NCBI GenBank assembly: GCA_965202665.1 | Contig: OZ241841.1 | Span: forward strand, 1,408,001-1,472,000 | DNA: 64,000 nucleotides | Direction: 5' to 3' | DNA from: Candidatus Spongiisociaceae bacterium | Lineage (GTDB): Bacteria > Actinomycetota > Acidimicrobiia > Spongiisociales > Spongiisociaceae | Shown here: positions 48,080 to 57,923 of the stretch, piece by piece | Layout of the letters: each line of letters begins with the position of its first letter | Numbering within the stretch: the stretch's first letter is position 1 | Translations under genes and position numbers: made by a program | Notes under the pieces: model-generated | Databases searched by the model: none | What the model was told of the DNA's origin: nothing | Seen by the model: only the letters and a program-made list of their open reading frames with translations

Positions 48080-48846
48080 AACCGACGGCGGCGGTGACCG
48101 GGGCCGGGCGGGGAATAGGCCGGGTAATCGCCCTGGCTTTCGCCGAAGCGGGATACGACTTGGCGCTGGCCGCCCGCAACCGCCCCGCTTTGGAGGAGAC
48201 GGCCCGCCTGGCCGCCGACCGGGGGGCGGATTCGCTGGTGGTCCCCACCGACGTGGCTGACCGCGGGCAGGTGGAGTCCATGGCCGGCCGGGTGCGGGGT
48301 CGTTTCGGGCGGGTGGACGCGCTGGTGAACAACAGCGGCGCGGCCGGTCCCAGCGCCCCCCTGTGGGAGGTGGAGGCCGATGCCTGGGAGGAGACGTTTG
48401 CGGTGAACGTGAGAGGGGTTTTTCTGGTCACTAAGGCTTTGCTTCCCATGATGCTGGAACAGCGGAGCGGTTCGGTTATCGTGATCGGCTCCATCAGCGG
48501 CAAACGTCCGCTGGCGGGGCGCTCCCCCTACGCGGCTTCCAAACTGGCCCTGGTGGGTTTGGTGCGAACCCTGGCTTTGGAGGCCGGGCCCTACGGGGTG
48601 CGGGTTAACCTGATTTCCCCCGGTTTTGTAAGCGGGCCCCGCATTGAATGGGTGATCGAAGCGCAGGCCGAGGAGCGGGGGGCGAGCCGGGAGGAGATAC
48701 GGGCCGAGTTCGGCGCCGCTTCCCCGTTGGGACGTTTTACGGAAGCGGAGGAGGTGGCGCAGGGATGCGTTTTCTTAGCCTCCGCGGCCGCCTCCGCCGT
48801 CACCGGCATCGACCTGAATGTCAACGCCGGCGTGGTGATGTACTGA
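48076..48846 (+). CDS. Short-chain dehydrogenase/reductase
   Basis: 'TGAGRGIG', 'VNNSG', 'YAASK', 'VNLISPG'; GTG overlaps previous stop. Confidence 0.92.
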   Translation: MKPTAAVTGAGRGIGRVIALAFAEAGYDLALAARNRPALEETARLAADRGADSLVVPTDVADRGQVESMAGRVRGRFGRVDALVNNSGAAGPSAPLWEVEADAWEETFAVNVRGVFLVTKALLPMMLEQRSGSVIVIGSISGKRPLAGRSPYAASKLALVGLVRTLALEAGPYGVRVNLISPGFVSGPRIEWVIEAQAEERGASREEIRAEFGAASPLGRFTEAEEVAQGCVFLASAAASAVTGIDLNVNAGVVMY

Positions 48847-48922
48847 CCGGCGCTTGCGAGAGGCGCAAGGTTTTCCATAGACGGGGGCCGGGGCGGGTAG
48901 GATGAAAGCCGCCCGTAGTGCA

Positions 48923-49711
48923 ATGACGAACATACTTCAACCTAAACTCACCGCTCCCCTTTACCGCCTGTATGAGCGGCGGTTGCGGAGGAGCCTGCGC
49001 CGGGAGCGCATGCCCCGGCATGTGGGGGTAATTTTGGACGGCCATCGCCGCTACGCCCGGGCGGAAGGTTTGCAGACCTACACCGACAGTTACCGGGCCG
49101 GGATGCGGCGGTTTGAGGAGTTTTCCGGCTGGGCGGCCGAACTTTCCATCCCTTCCATCACCGCCTGGGTGCTTTCCACGGAGAACCTGCGCCGCCCCGC
49201 CGAGGAAATCTCCCCCTATTTCGAGGTGCTCGGCGAACTGTTCGCCCGCCTGCCCGACCTGTCCCGCCGCCACGGATTCGGGCTGAAAGTCATCGGCAGC
49301 CTGGATCTGCTCCCGGCCGGTTTGACTTCGGCGGCCAAACAGGCGGTGGAAGAGTCGGAGGAAGGCTCCCGGCAGTTGACCATCGCCATGGGTTACGGGG
49401 GGCGCCAGGAGATCATCGACGCCTGCCGCCATCTGGTGGAAGAGTTGATCGGGCGGGGGGTGGACGCGGAGCAGTTGGCCGGCTACATAGACGCCCAAGG
49501 GTTGGCCGCCCACTTGTACGAGCCGGACCAGCCCGACCCGGATTTGATAATCCGCACCTCCGGGGAGTCCCGCCTGTCCGGGTTTCTGCTGTGGCAGGCC
49601 GCCTACGCCGAATATGCGTTCGTGGATGTGTTTTGGCCCGCTTTCCGCCGGGTGGATTTTCTGCGGGCTTTGCGCGACTACACGGCCACCGAACGCCGGT
49701 TCGGCCGCTGA
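48923..49711 (+). CDS. uppS: cis-prenyltransferase (UppS family)
   Basis: 'PRHVGVILDG.RRYA', 'STENLRR', 'GYGGRQEI', 'DPDLIIRTSGE.RLSGFLLWQ', 'WP.FRR.DF'. Confidence 0.9.
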   Translation: MTNILQPKLTAPLYRLYERRLRRSLRRERMPRHVGVILDGHRRYARAEGLQTYTDSYRAGMRRFEEFSGWAAELSIPSITAWVLSTENLRRPAEEISPYFEVLGELFARLPDLSRRHGFGLKVIGSLDLLPAGLTSAAKQAVEESEEGSRQLTIAMGYGGRQEIIDACRHLVEELIGRGVDAEQLAGYIDAQGLAAHLYEPDQPDPDLIIRTSGESRLSGFLLWQAAYAEYAFVDVFWPAFRRVDFLRALRDYTATERRFGR

Positions 49712-49962
49712 CCCTTCAGCCGGGGCGGTGGTGATGGGAGCCCGGACCGGGCCCGTCGGGGCCCACTCAGCAACCGGGATGCCCGTGATTGCCGCAACAG
49801 GTTTGCCGCCGTCGGATTTTCAGCAGATTGTTGCGCAAGGCGGCCGTCAGTTTGTCCCGCGCCCGTCCGGGGCCCCGCCAGTTGGCGAAGAAGGCTCGGG
49901 GGGATGGCCGGGTCATATCCCCAGCCTACACCCGCCCGACAGCGGCCGGGGCTCGCTACCCT

Positions 49963-50529
49963 ATGCCTGAAATGGACTCCGCCTCCCCGCTCGACGCCCT
50001 GCTCGACCACCTGCGCCAAAATGCGGTGCGCACCGACGGCCCCTTCACCCTCCGCTCCGGCGCCACATCCGACTGGTACATCGACGCCCGGCGGACCACT
50101 TTCAGCGGATACGGGGCCCGCCTGGTGGGAGAGGCCGTTTACGAAAGGTTGCGCCCGGAGGTGCGGACGGTGGGGGGGATGACGATGGGGGCCGACCCGA
50201 TTGCCGTGGCCACCGCCGTTTACGCCGCCGGGCGGGGGAGCGAGCTGCGGGCTTTTTCGGTGCGCAAGCGGGAGAAGGAGCACGGGCTGGCCGGACGGCT
50301 GGCCGGACCGGTGGAGGAGGGGGATCCGGCCGCCATAGTGGAGGACACGGCAACCACCGGCGGGGCGATGGCCGAAGCGGTGGAGGCGGCTAGGGAGGCA
50401 GGGCTGCAAGTTATACAGATCGTGGTTCTGGTGGATCGCTCAGCGGGGGCGGCGGAGGCCCGGGCCGCCGAATGGGGCATTCCCTATCAGGCGCTGGCCT
50501 CCCCCGCCGACCTGGGAGTGGGCCCGTGA
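49963..50529 (+). CDS. pyrE: Orotate phosphoribosyltransferase
   Basis: 'FTL.SG..SDWYID', 'GGMTMGADP', 'VRK..K.HG', PRPP motif 'IVEDTATTGG', 'VLVDR'. Confidence 0.92.
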   Translation: MPEMDSASPLDALLDHLRQNAVRTDGPFTLRSGATSDWYIDARRTTFSGYGARLVGEAVYERLRPEVRTVGGMTMGADPIAVATAVYAAGRGSELRAFSVRKREKEHGLAGRLAGPVEEGDPAAIVEDTATTGGAMAEAVEAAREAGLQVIQIVVLVDRSAGAAEARAAEWGIPYQALASPADLGVGP

Positions 50530-51287
50530 GCAGATGGAACCCGCCCTTTTTCCCTCCCGAGGAGGCGCCGCCGCCCGTCTCGGATCAACCAACGCCGGAA
50601 CCGGAGGCGCCGGAGCGGGAGCCGTCCGCTCCGTCGTCGGAGGAGGAGGTTGCGCCGCCTGAGGAGGAGCCGCAACCGGAGGAGGGGGAGGCCCGGCCGG
50701 ACTTGGCGCGCTCCAATGTGCTGGTGGTACGCAACCGCACCTGGGGGTTGCGGCTGTTCGGATGGCTGGGCGTCCCCATGGTTTTATACGGGGCGGGGGT
50801 GCTGTTCGGCCTGCAGCCGTTTTCTTACCTTTTGGACCTTTTATATCCGGGGGAGAGCAACAATCCGCCCGCCGTTGAAACCCGCGACCGGTTGTGGGGG
50901 TGGATGTTGCTGATAGTGGGGGCGCTGTTGCTGATCGGCATGTTGTGGAAGATTTTGGTTTCCCACCCGGCCTTGGAAGTGGACGCCCTGGGCATTCTGT
51001 TGCCGGTGAACGGCCCCGGTTTTTCCCGGCGCATCCCCTGGGAGTGGGTGGATGAGATCTACGCCGATGAATACGTCCGGGAAACAGACCGGTATCCGGC
51101 GCTGTGCCTGCGCCTGAACGAACAGGCGCGACTGCCCCGCTACCCGTGGGCGGTACGGGTGGGGCCGGACGGGGAGCTGGCCATACCCGCCGGGGAGTGG
51201 AACATCAGCCTGTCGTTCGTGGTGCAGTGGTTGCGGGCCGCCTCCCAGGGCCTGCCCACCGGCGAATCCCCGACCAAGAAGCCGTAG
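50526..51287 (+). CDS. Hypothetical membrane protein with acidic Pro/Glu-rich N-terminus
   Basis: Coupled to pyrE and nfo; two hydrophobic segments. Confidence 0.65.
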   Translation: MSRWNPPFFPPEEAPPPVSDQPTPEPEAPEREPSAPSSEEEVAPPEEEPQPEEGEARPDLARSNVLVVRNRTWGLRLFGWLGVPMVLYGAGVLFGLQPFSYLLDLLYPGESNNPPAVETRDRLWGWMLLIVGALLLIGMLWKILVSHPALEVDALGILLPVNGPGFSRRIPWEWVDEIYADEYVRETDRYPALCLRLNEQARLPRYPWAVRVGPDGELAIPAGEWNISLSFVVQWLRAASQGLPTGESPTKKP

Positions 51288-52067
51288 ATGTTGCTGGGCG
51301 CCCACGTTTCCGCCGACGATCCGTTGCGACGGGCCCGGGAGCGGGGGGCGGAACTAGTTCAGTTTTTCCTCGGCAATCCCCAGTCATGGAAGCAGGCCCC
51401 GCCCCGTTCCGACGCCGAACAGCTGCGGGCCTCGCCCATCCCCGTCTACGTGCACGCCCCCTATCTCATCAACGTGGCCAATCCTTCCAGCCGCATCCGC
51501 ATCCCCAGCCGGAAAATTCTGGCCCACACCCTGGCCGGGGCGGAGGCGATCGGCGCGGCGGGGGTGATAGTGCACGGCGGTCACGTAACCGACGGCGAAC
51601 ATCCCAAAGAAGGGTTCGACCGGTGGCGGAAAGCGTTGGAGCAAGTTGAGTCGGAGGTTCCGATCCTGATTGAAAACACGGCGGGAGGGGACGGGGCGCA
51701 GGCCCGTCGGCTGGATGTGCTGGCCGCCCTATGGGAGGTGATCGGCGACTACGGGCCGGGTTTCTGCTTGGACACCTGCCATGCTTGGGCGGGCGGCGAG
51801 CCGCTGGAGGGCCTGGCGGACCGGGTGCGGGCCGCCACCGGCCGCATCGACTTGGTGCATCTAAACGATTCCCGCGACCCGTTCGATTCCCGCCGCGACC
51901 GCCACGCCAACCTGGGCCAAGGCCAAATCCCGCCCGACCTGCTGGCGGAGGTGGTGCGGGAAGCCGGGGCCCCCGCCCTGGTCGAAACCCCGGGCGATGT
52001 CCCCGAACACCAAGCCGACCTGGCCTGGATGAGGAACCGTTTGGCCGCCGTCGCGCCGGGCGGTTAG
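51288..52067 (+). CDS. nfo: Endonuclease IV
   Basis: 'LGAHV', 'VHAPYLIN', 'LIENTAG', 'CLDTCH', 'VHLNDS', 'DRHANLG.G', 'VETP'. Confidence 0.95.
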   Translation: MLLGAHVSADDPLRRARERGAELVQFFLGNPQSWKQAPPRSDAEQLRASPIPVYVHAPYLINVANPSSRIRIPSRKILAHTLAGAEAIGAAGVIVHGGHVTDGEHPKEGFDRWRKALEQVESEVPILIENTAGGDGAQARRLDVLAALWEVIGDYGPGFCLDTCHAWAGGEPLEGLADRVRAATGRIDLVHLNDSRDPFDSRRDRHANLGQGQIPPDLLAEVVREAGAPALVETPGDVPEHQADLAWMRNRLAAVAPGG

Positions 52068-52077
52068 TGTCGTCGCT

Positions 52078-52437
52078 ATGGAGAAGGTCAGGATTCCCCG
52101 TGATTGCGAGTTGGCTTACTCCACCTTGCGGGCAATAGAAAAAAGAGGCGGGTCAGTTCGAACCGGGGAGTTGAACGACGCCGTGTCGGAGATAACCGGC
52201 CTTACCGAAGAACAGTTGGCATCCGTTAACATCGAGTCGGTCAAGATGCAGATGGGTTGGGCGAGAAGCGGGCTCAAAACCTCCGGTCATCTGGACAACA
52301 GCCAGTGGGGCGTCTGGTCCCTCACGCAACTGGGCCGGGACCTGCTGGAACTTGAACCCGCCGAAGCCGAACGGCTGGCGAAAAAGGCGTGTGATTACGG
52401 TTGGGAAGTCCGGTTTGCGGCAAAGGCCCGCCGCTAG
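52078..52437 (+). CDS. Stand-alone Mrr N-terminal winged-helix protein
   Basis: 'L.A....GGS....EL...V....GLTEEQL', 'GWARS.LK..G.LDNS..GVWSLT..G'; no catalytic domain. Confidence 0.75.
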   Translation: MEKVRIPRDCELAYSTLRAIEKRGGSVRTGELNDAVSEITGLTEEQLASVNIESVKMQMGWARSGLKTSGHLDNSQWGVWSLTQLGRDLLELEPAEAERLAKKACDYGWEVRFAAKARR

Positions 52438-52515
52438 GCACAGTCGGACCGCCGCTGGTTCCGAAAAGCCGCCAGATCTCGGCCTTAGGCGTAGGGCGTG
52501 TAGGGCGGGGGTTTG

Positions 52516-52551
52516 GGATTGACTTGACAAATTGGGGGGGGGGGTTAGCGT
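52516..52551 (+). promoter_or_regulatory. Promoter of SLH gene 1 with G11 tract in the -35/-10 spacer (16 bp)
   Basis: TTGACA 52524-52529; G11 52534-52544; TAGCGT 52546-52551. Confidence 0.8.
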
Positions 52552-52635
52552 TTTTGCCCGTTCGTGTTGCGGCTGTTGGGTTGCCCGCTATGGCCGTGCG
52601 TAAGGATTTCCGGGCGTTTGGAAGGAGGCGTGGCA

Positions 52636-55600
52636 ATGGTACGCGTGTCGGGGAAGGTTTGGCTTGTGGGTTTGTTGGTGTTGGGTTTGATAGCGAGTTT
52701 GTTGGGTGCGGCTCCGCCGGGTGCGGTGGGGACGCATGGGGATGATGCGGATGTGGATTATGAGCCGTCGTATTCGGCCTGTGTGGGGGCGGCGACGGAG
52801 TCTTTCGGGTTTGAGGACACGGAAGGGTCGTTCGCGGAGGGGGCGATTGATTGTTTGGCGCATTATGGGATAACGACCGGACGGTCGGCGACCATGTTTG
52901 CTCCCAATGATTCGGTGTTGCGGTGGCAGATGGCCCTGTTTTTGGCGAGGGCGGCCGCGGCGGCGGGGATCGTGTTGGCGAACCCGGCTGCCGATCAGGG
53001 GTTTACGGATGTGGGGGCGGTGTCGGGGGAGGCCCGCAACGCCATCAACGGTTTAGCGGCGGCGGGAATCATGCCCGGCATGTCGCAGACCACGTTTTCG
53101 CCGAATGCGTCGGTGACGCGCGGTTCAATGGCTGTGTTGTTGGACGCTTTCCTGGCGCGGGCGACTCCGGGGGCGGGGGCGTTTGGGGGTGAGATTGAGA
53201 AGTATTCGGATGTGATGGTGGATAGTTCCGATGTTTTCAATGATATTAGTGGGGTGTCGTTGAATACTTATAATGCGATTTATCGTATTTATGAGGTGGG
53301 GGTGACGCAGGGGGTGGGGGATCATCAGTTCGGGCCGGGTCGTAATGTGACGCGGGCGCAGATGGCGGCCTTCATAACCCGGGCGTTTGCGCATACGGTG
53401 GCCCGTCCGGCGGGGGTGTCGATTCAGGCGGAGCGGGATTCGGTGTTGGGGGAGTCGTCGGTGCAGTTGATTGTGTCGGTGCGGGATGCGATGTTTCAGC
53501 CGGTGGTGGATGCGTCGGTGGATGTGTTCCGTTCCACCGACCCTGACAACGCTTTGAATGATGATGGCAGGTGTAATGCGGCCAGTGTTAGTCCGGTGGC
53601 TGGTATTGGCCGGGCGGCGTGTGAGGTGGATACGGGGGATGAAACGACGGACGCGGCGGGGGATGTCACCGCCTTGCAACTGCAGGTGTCGGATGCGGAT
53701 GTGACGGTGTGGGCGTGGACGGGGGACCGGGATGACAAGTTCGATTCCGATGACACCACCGCCGCCCAGTTGACCGTCGGGTTTTCCAAGGCGGCCAGCC
53801 AGCTGTTGGTTACTGACAATTTGGAGGAGGGGCAAACCCATCTGCAGTTCGGGGAGACGGCCACGCTGACGGTGCAGGTGGCTAATGAGGATGATGAGCC
53901 GGTGGCGGAGAAGGGGGTGGGGGTGAAGGTCGCCCAGGTTACTACCCCGGATGTGAGCAAGCCGACGGAGACCAACTCGTCCACCAACACCTATACCACT
54001 GATGCGTCGGGGAAGTTTCAGTTGTCGTTCACCCTGACTGATCCCAGTTCCGGTGATGATGAGGACGCTACGGTGGTGGTTACTTTGAGCGAACCGTCCT
54101 CCTATACCCTCCAAGACGAAGACGGGACCGCGTTCTCCTCCAAGACCTACACCTGGTCCGACGATACGGGGGTGCCCGCCATGTTGATGGTGTCGGCCCG
54201 CACCAACTTCGGGAAGGCGACCGATAAGTTGGCCGGGGCTGTGAACGCGGTTACCGCCACTTTGACCGACCAGTTCGGCAATCCGATTCGGGGCAAGAGC
54301 GTCAGTTTCTTCTCCGACACCCAGTGCACCCCGGAAGAGGGGGAGACGGAATGTTCCACGTTGGGGATTGGCGCAAAAATGACAGGCGTTTCCGCGGGGA
54401 CATCGAGCGGAAAGAGGGTTTTGACCGGGGAAGCCCGGTTTACGCGCACCACCAGAGGTGACGGCCGGGCCAGCCTCAACTACAACTACGATTCCACCGA
54501 CGGCGTAATCGAGTCCATCTGGGCCGTTTACACCTTCGCCGGGACTGAAGGGGTACGGGGCTTTGCGGATACCGTCGTTCAGTGCGGCGAGGACGGGGCG
54601 TTGGCGGCGGGGAGTTGCCGCCCGGCGGATGACCCGGAGGACGAAACAGCCCTCACCGCTGATCGCATCCACCATTATTGGGCGGAGGACCCGACCGGGG
54701 TTCCGTTCTTGGGGCGCATTCTGGTCAAAGACGTCGAAAACAACCAGCTGGTGGTGGCGGCGGGGGAACGGGTGATGCTGGTCGAATACGACTCCAACGA
54801 CCAGTTCACCGACTTGGAGGGTCCGGCGCTGATGTCCGAATTCGAAAAGGATTTGGGCGACAACGCCGACCCGGCGGCGGCTCATCTGCGGGTCGACACC
54901 TACCAGGAAGAGTCCGGCAAAGTGAGCGACCTGGTCCTCCGTCCGGAATGGGCCCGCTTGGACCACCCCGACGGGCAAAAAGAGGGCGCCGCCGCCTGGT
55001 TCGGGGCCGCCTTGGCGGTAGACAAAGGGGTGATGGTAGTGGGCGCTCCCCGTGACAATTTGAAAACGGTGGACCCGGACACCGGAGTGAATGATGTGGA
55101 CGCCGACGCAGATACGACCAACGACGCAACTGATGATTACATGGTGTCGGGCATGGTTTACATCTATCCGAACGGTATGGGAACAGAGGCCGGTAACATT
55201 GTCAAACTGTCTCCCCCCGCCACCTCAAACGCGCCCCCGGCCTGGTCGGCGCGCAACGGCTACTTCGGATGGGATGTGGACATCGACGATGACACGATCG
55301 TGGTCGGAACCAGAGTGGGCAAAGAAGTCTACATTTACGTGCGTAACAACGGAACGTGGGGTCCGGATCCCACCGCCACCCTTACCCGGACGGCTGATTT
55401 TCGTTTCGGCGAGGGGGTGGCCATCTCCGGCGATGGGAGCACCATTGCGGTGGCCATGACCAACGCGTGGGGCATCTTTGACCCCGATATCCCGGTGGGT
55501 TCGAACTCGGGGCGGCATAACGGGCGGGTGATCGTCTACGAAAAGCCCGGCGGGGGTTGGGCGGATGACAGCAACGCCGCCGACAACCCGCAACTGAAAG

Positions 55601-56322
55601 ATTCCAGCCACCCGGTCTTGCGCCAGCTGGTGCGGGCGGTGGCCCTTTCCAACGATGGTTCGGTGATTGTCAGCGGGATGTGCGAGTGGAGTTGGAGCGT
55701 TGGTTGCGAAGGGGCGGTCAATGTGCATGTCCGACCGGGCGCTTTTGGCACCTGGGTGGACGCGGCGAACGCCGATGCCACTTTGGTGGCTAAAGGCGGT
55801 CCGAAGGCGGCGCAGAGCATGGGCAAATACGTGGCCATCGACGACGACGGAAACACCATCGTCGCTTCCGGGAGTTTCCACGCCGGGTTTGCCAACGAGC
55901 CGGGCGTGGCTTACGTGTTCAACAAACCCTCCGGAGGCTGGTCGGCTTTGGACGAGCAAAACGACGCGGCGGTTGAGCTGAGCGCCTCCCGACCCCGGAT
56001 CGACGACGTGTTCGGCCAGTACATCGCCATTTCCAGCGACGGCTCGGAGATCGCGGCCGGTCGTCACTATCGGCAGGAAGGCGACTTCCGGGGTTCGGTG
56101 GCGGTGTTCAAAAAGCCCTCCGCCGGTGCCTGGGTCGACGATGCCTCCCCCGATGAGGAATATTTGGGGGATGCTCCCAACGCCCGGTTGGGCTGGCAAC
56201 CCGCCTTCGATCGGGAAGACGGCGCCCTTTACGCTGGGATATTCGACGACACCCGGCCTAAAGACAGGGTTTCCGGAAGCGTGTTGTGGTCCATTTACAA
56301 GATCGACCGTTTTGCCCCATAA
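52636..56322 (+). CDS. Secreted S-layer-homology (SLH) protein with Ig-like region and C-terminal FG-GAP/beta-propeller repeats (paralog 1)
   Basis: Signal peptide; SLH-like 'GIT.G...F.P...V.R.QMA.FLAR' and 'F.P...VTRAQMAAFITR'; 'FG..VAIS.DG..I..G' repeats; RBS AAGGAGG. Confidence 0.88.
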   Translation: MVRVSGKVWLVGLLVLGLIASLLGAAPPGAVGTHGDDADVDYEPSYSACVGAATESFGFEDTEGSFAEGAIDCLAHYGITTGRSATMFAPNDSVLRWQMALFLARAAAAAGIVLANPAADQGFTDVGAVSGEARNAINGLAAAGIMPGMSQTTFSPNASVTRGSMAVLLDAFLARATPGAGAFGGEIEKYSDVMVDSSDVFNDISGVSLNTYNAIYRIYEVGVTQGVGDHQFGPGRNVTRAQMAAFITRAFAHTVARPAGVSIQAERDSVLGESSVQLIVSVRDAMFQPVVDASVDVFRSTDPDNALNDDGRCNAASVSPVAGIGRAACEVDTGDETTDAAGDVTALQLQVSDADVTVWAWTGDRDDKFDSDDTTAAQLTVGFSKAASQLLVTDNLEEGQTHLQFGETATLTVQVANEDDEPVAEKGVGVKVAQVTTPDVSKPTETNSSTNTYTTDASGKFQLSFTLTDPSSGDDEDATVVVTLSEPSSYTLQDEDGTAFSSKTYTWSDDTGVPAMLMVSARTNFGKATDKLAGAVNAVTATLTDQFGNPIRGKSVSFFSDTQCTPEEGETECSTLGIGAKMTGVSAGTSSGKRVLTGEARFTRTTRGDGRASLNYNYDSTDGVIESIWAVYTFAGTEGVRGFADTVVQCGEDGALAAGSCRPADDPEDETALTADRIHHYWAEDPTGVPFLGRILVKDVENNQLVVAAGERVMLVEYDSNDQFTDLEGPALMSEFEKDLGDNADPAAAHLRVDTYQEESGKVSDLVLRPEWARLDHPDGQKEGAAAWFGAALAVDKGVMVVGAPRDNLKTVDPDTGVNDVDADADTTNDATDDYMVSGMVYIYPNGMGTEAGNIVKLSPPATSNAPPAWSARNGYFGWDVDIDDDTIVVGTRVGKEVYIYVRNNGTWGPDPTATLTRTADFRFGEGVAISGDGSTIAVAMTNAWGIFDPDIPVGSNSGRHNGRVIVYEKPGGGWADDSNAADNPQLKDSSHPVLRQLVRAVALSNDGSVIVSGMCEWSWSVGCEGAVNVHVRPGAFGTWVDAANADATLVAKGGPKAAQSMGKYVAIDDDGNTIVASGSFHAGFANEPGVAYVFNKPSGGWSALDEQNDAAVELSASRPRIDDVFGQYIAISSDGSEIAAGRHYRQEGDFRGSVAVFKKPSAGAWVDDASPDEEYLGDAPNARLGWQPAFDREDGALYAGIFDDTRPKDRVSGSVLWSIYKIDRFAP

Positions 56323-56347
56323 GCTGTTTCACGCAACCCAACACGCC

Positions 56348-56386
56348 AGGAAGCCCCCCCGCCCAAGCAGGGGGGCTTCCTGTTTT
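56348..56386 (+). terminator. Rho-independent terminator
   Basis: aggaagcccccc / ggggggcttcct stem followed by gtttt. Confidence 0.85.
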
Positions 56387-56604
56387 ACCCCCGATTCGGC
56401 GGGCGGTCGGGTTAAATTCGCTTTGTGGTATAATGCGGTGACCGGGTTGTTAGGGGACCCTGTGGTGAGAGTTTGGAGGTCGTGTTGGCGGCGACGGTAA
56501 TGCTATCTGATGATGTTCGGGATGGTTCTGTAGGCGTGTTTGATCCGTCGGGGTGGAACGGGGCGTGGCGGCGGTTGGGGTGGAATTTCTGTTGGCGGGA
56601 GGGC

Positions 56605-57261
56605 ATGGGGGAGACTTTTCCGCATTCTTCCCAGTTTTTGGACGGCCTGCCGGGGCGGGTGCGTGGTTACCTGCTGGCGCGGGGGGCGCCGGAGGAGGAG
56701 GCGGCTGAGGTGTCGGAGTGGGTGAGGCCGCAGTATGAAAAGCATCGTCAATGGAGGGAGCGTCCGCGTTTGAGTTACGAGGAGCGCACGAGGCGGTTGG
56801 GTCGTCCTCCTATGTTTCGCAGTACGTTTCAGGTGGTGCCGGAGTTGCCTGCGTTGATGCGCCGTCCGGATGGCCGGGGAGGTTCCCGGGATTTGGTGCA
56901 GTTCTCTAAAGACTGGGCTACTCAACCGGCGGATCGGATGACGATGATGGCCGATCCTCCGCCCGTCGGGACCGAAGTGGGGATTGCTTGCAGTATCGCG
57001 ACGGTGGTGCATGCGTTGTGCGATCTGGATGAGATGGTCCCGCCGGACTGGGTGTTTGAGTATCGGTCGCCGGAGACGATGTTGGTGTGGGGCATGCAGG
57101 CTTTGGACAGGGCAAGGTTGCGGAGGATGGTCATCGCCAAGTCGCCGCCTGCTTGCGAGTTTCATCGTGTCTTTTTCGAGCGGTCGTTTATAGAGGGCCC
57201 GTTGTGGATAAACACTCCCAGTATTAGTAGACCTGCCGAAAAGTCGGCTTCTGACCAGTGA
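56605..57261 (+). CDS. Putative antitoxin-like partner of the downstream nucleotidyltransferase
   Basis: 'PP......IA..V..LC.....P.WV...SP.....VF' C-terminal pattern recalled from partners of such NTases; stop overlaps next start; extended -10 TGGTATAAT 56426-56434. Confidence 0.55.
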   Translation: MGETFPHSSQFLDGLPGRVRGYLLARGAPEEEAAEVSEWVRPQYEKHRQWRERPRLSYEERTRRLGRPPMFRSTFQVVPELPALMRRPDGRGGSRDLVQFSKDWATQPADRMTMMADPPPVGTEVGIACSIATVVHALCDLDEMVPPDWVFEYRSPETMLVWGMQALDRARLRRMVIAKSPPACEFHRVFFERSFIEGPLWINTPSISRPAEKSASDQ

Positions 57262-57923
57262 CGGAGATAACTTCCATCTCTGATCCTACTGATCTTAACG
57301 GGCCGCGTATACTCAGTTTGTTTAGACTGCTGGACGAGGTTCTGGAGGAACCTACCTCTATTTTAGTGGTCGGCGGGGCGGCTCTGGCGGTGCACTGGCA
57401 TGAACAGAATATCCGCCAGCGGTCAACGAGGGATATTGATTTCGCCCCTATTGCATACCATGATTTCCCGGAGCACAGTACTTACACGGTTGACATTGCT
57501 ACCCCGTCAATGCCTGCTCATATTATGAATGCATCTGAAATAATTGCTGAACGGGAAACCGTTGAACCCGATTGGTTGAACAATAAAGTTATAAATGTGA
57601 TGGCGCCGGATGTGGAATATGAACCGACGGAGATATTCTGCGGACACCGGCTGGATGTTTACCGTCCCAGTCTTAAAGTGCTGTTGGCTATGAAACTTAA
57701 GGCGAGGCGGGAAGCTAAAGACTTATCCGATGCCATTCAGTTGGCCCTTGAAACTGGTATAGATTCTACTGAGAAGATGTTGCTTTTGGTGGAGGATACT
57801 TTTGGGGAAGAGCATATTGCTTTTGATGTTCAAGATTTCATATCTGATGTGGAATACAGGTATCGGTTGTTGCACGGGCGGGAAAGCGGTGCTTTTTCTG
57901 AACGCGATTTCGGTTTGCAATGA
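57258..57923 (+). CDS. DUF6036/AbiEii-like nucleotidyltransferase
   Basis: 'VVGGAALA', 'R.TRDID', 'DWLN', 'LLAMKL.A.R..KD..D'; AT-rich. Confidence 0.78.
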   Translation: MTEITSISDPTDLNGPRILSLFRLLDEVLEEPTSILVVGGAALAVHWHEQNIRQRSTRDIDFAPIAYHDFPEHSTYTVDIATPSMPAHIMNASEIIAERETVEPDWLNNKVINVMAPDVEYEPTEIFCGHRLDVYRPSLKVLLAMKLKARREAKDLSDAIQLALETGIDSTEKMLLLVEDTFGEEHIAFDVQDFISDVEYRYRLLHGRESGAFSERDFGLQ

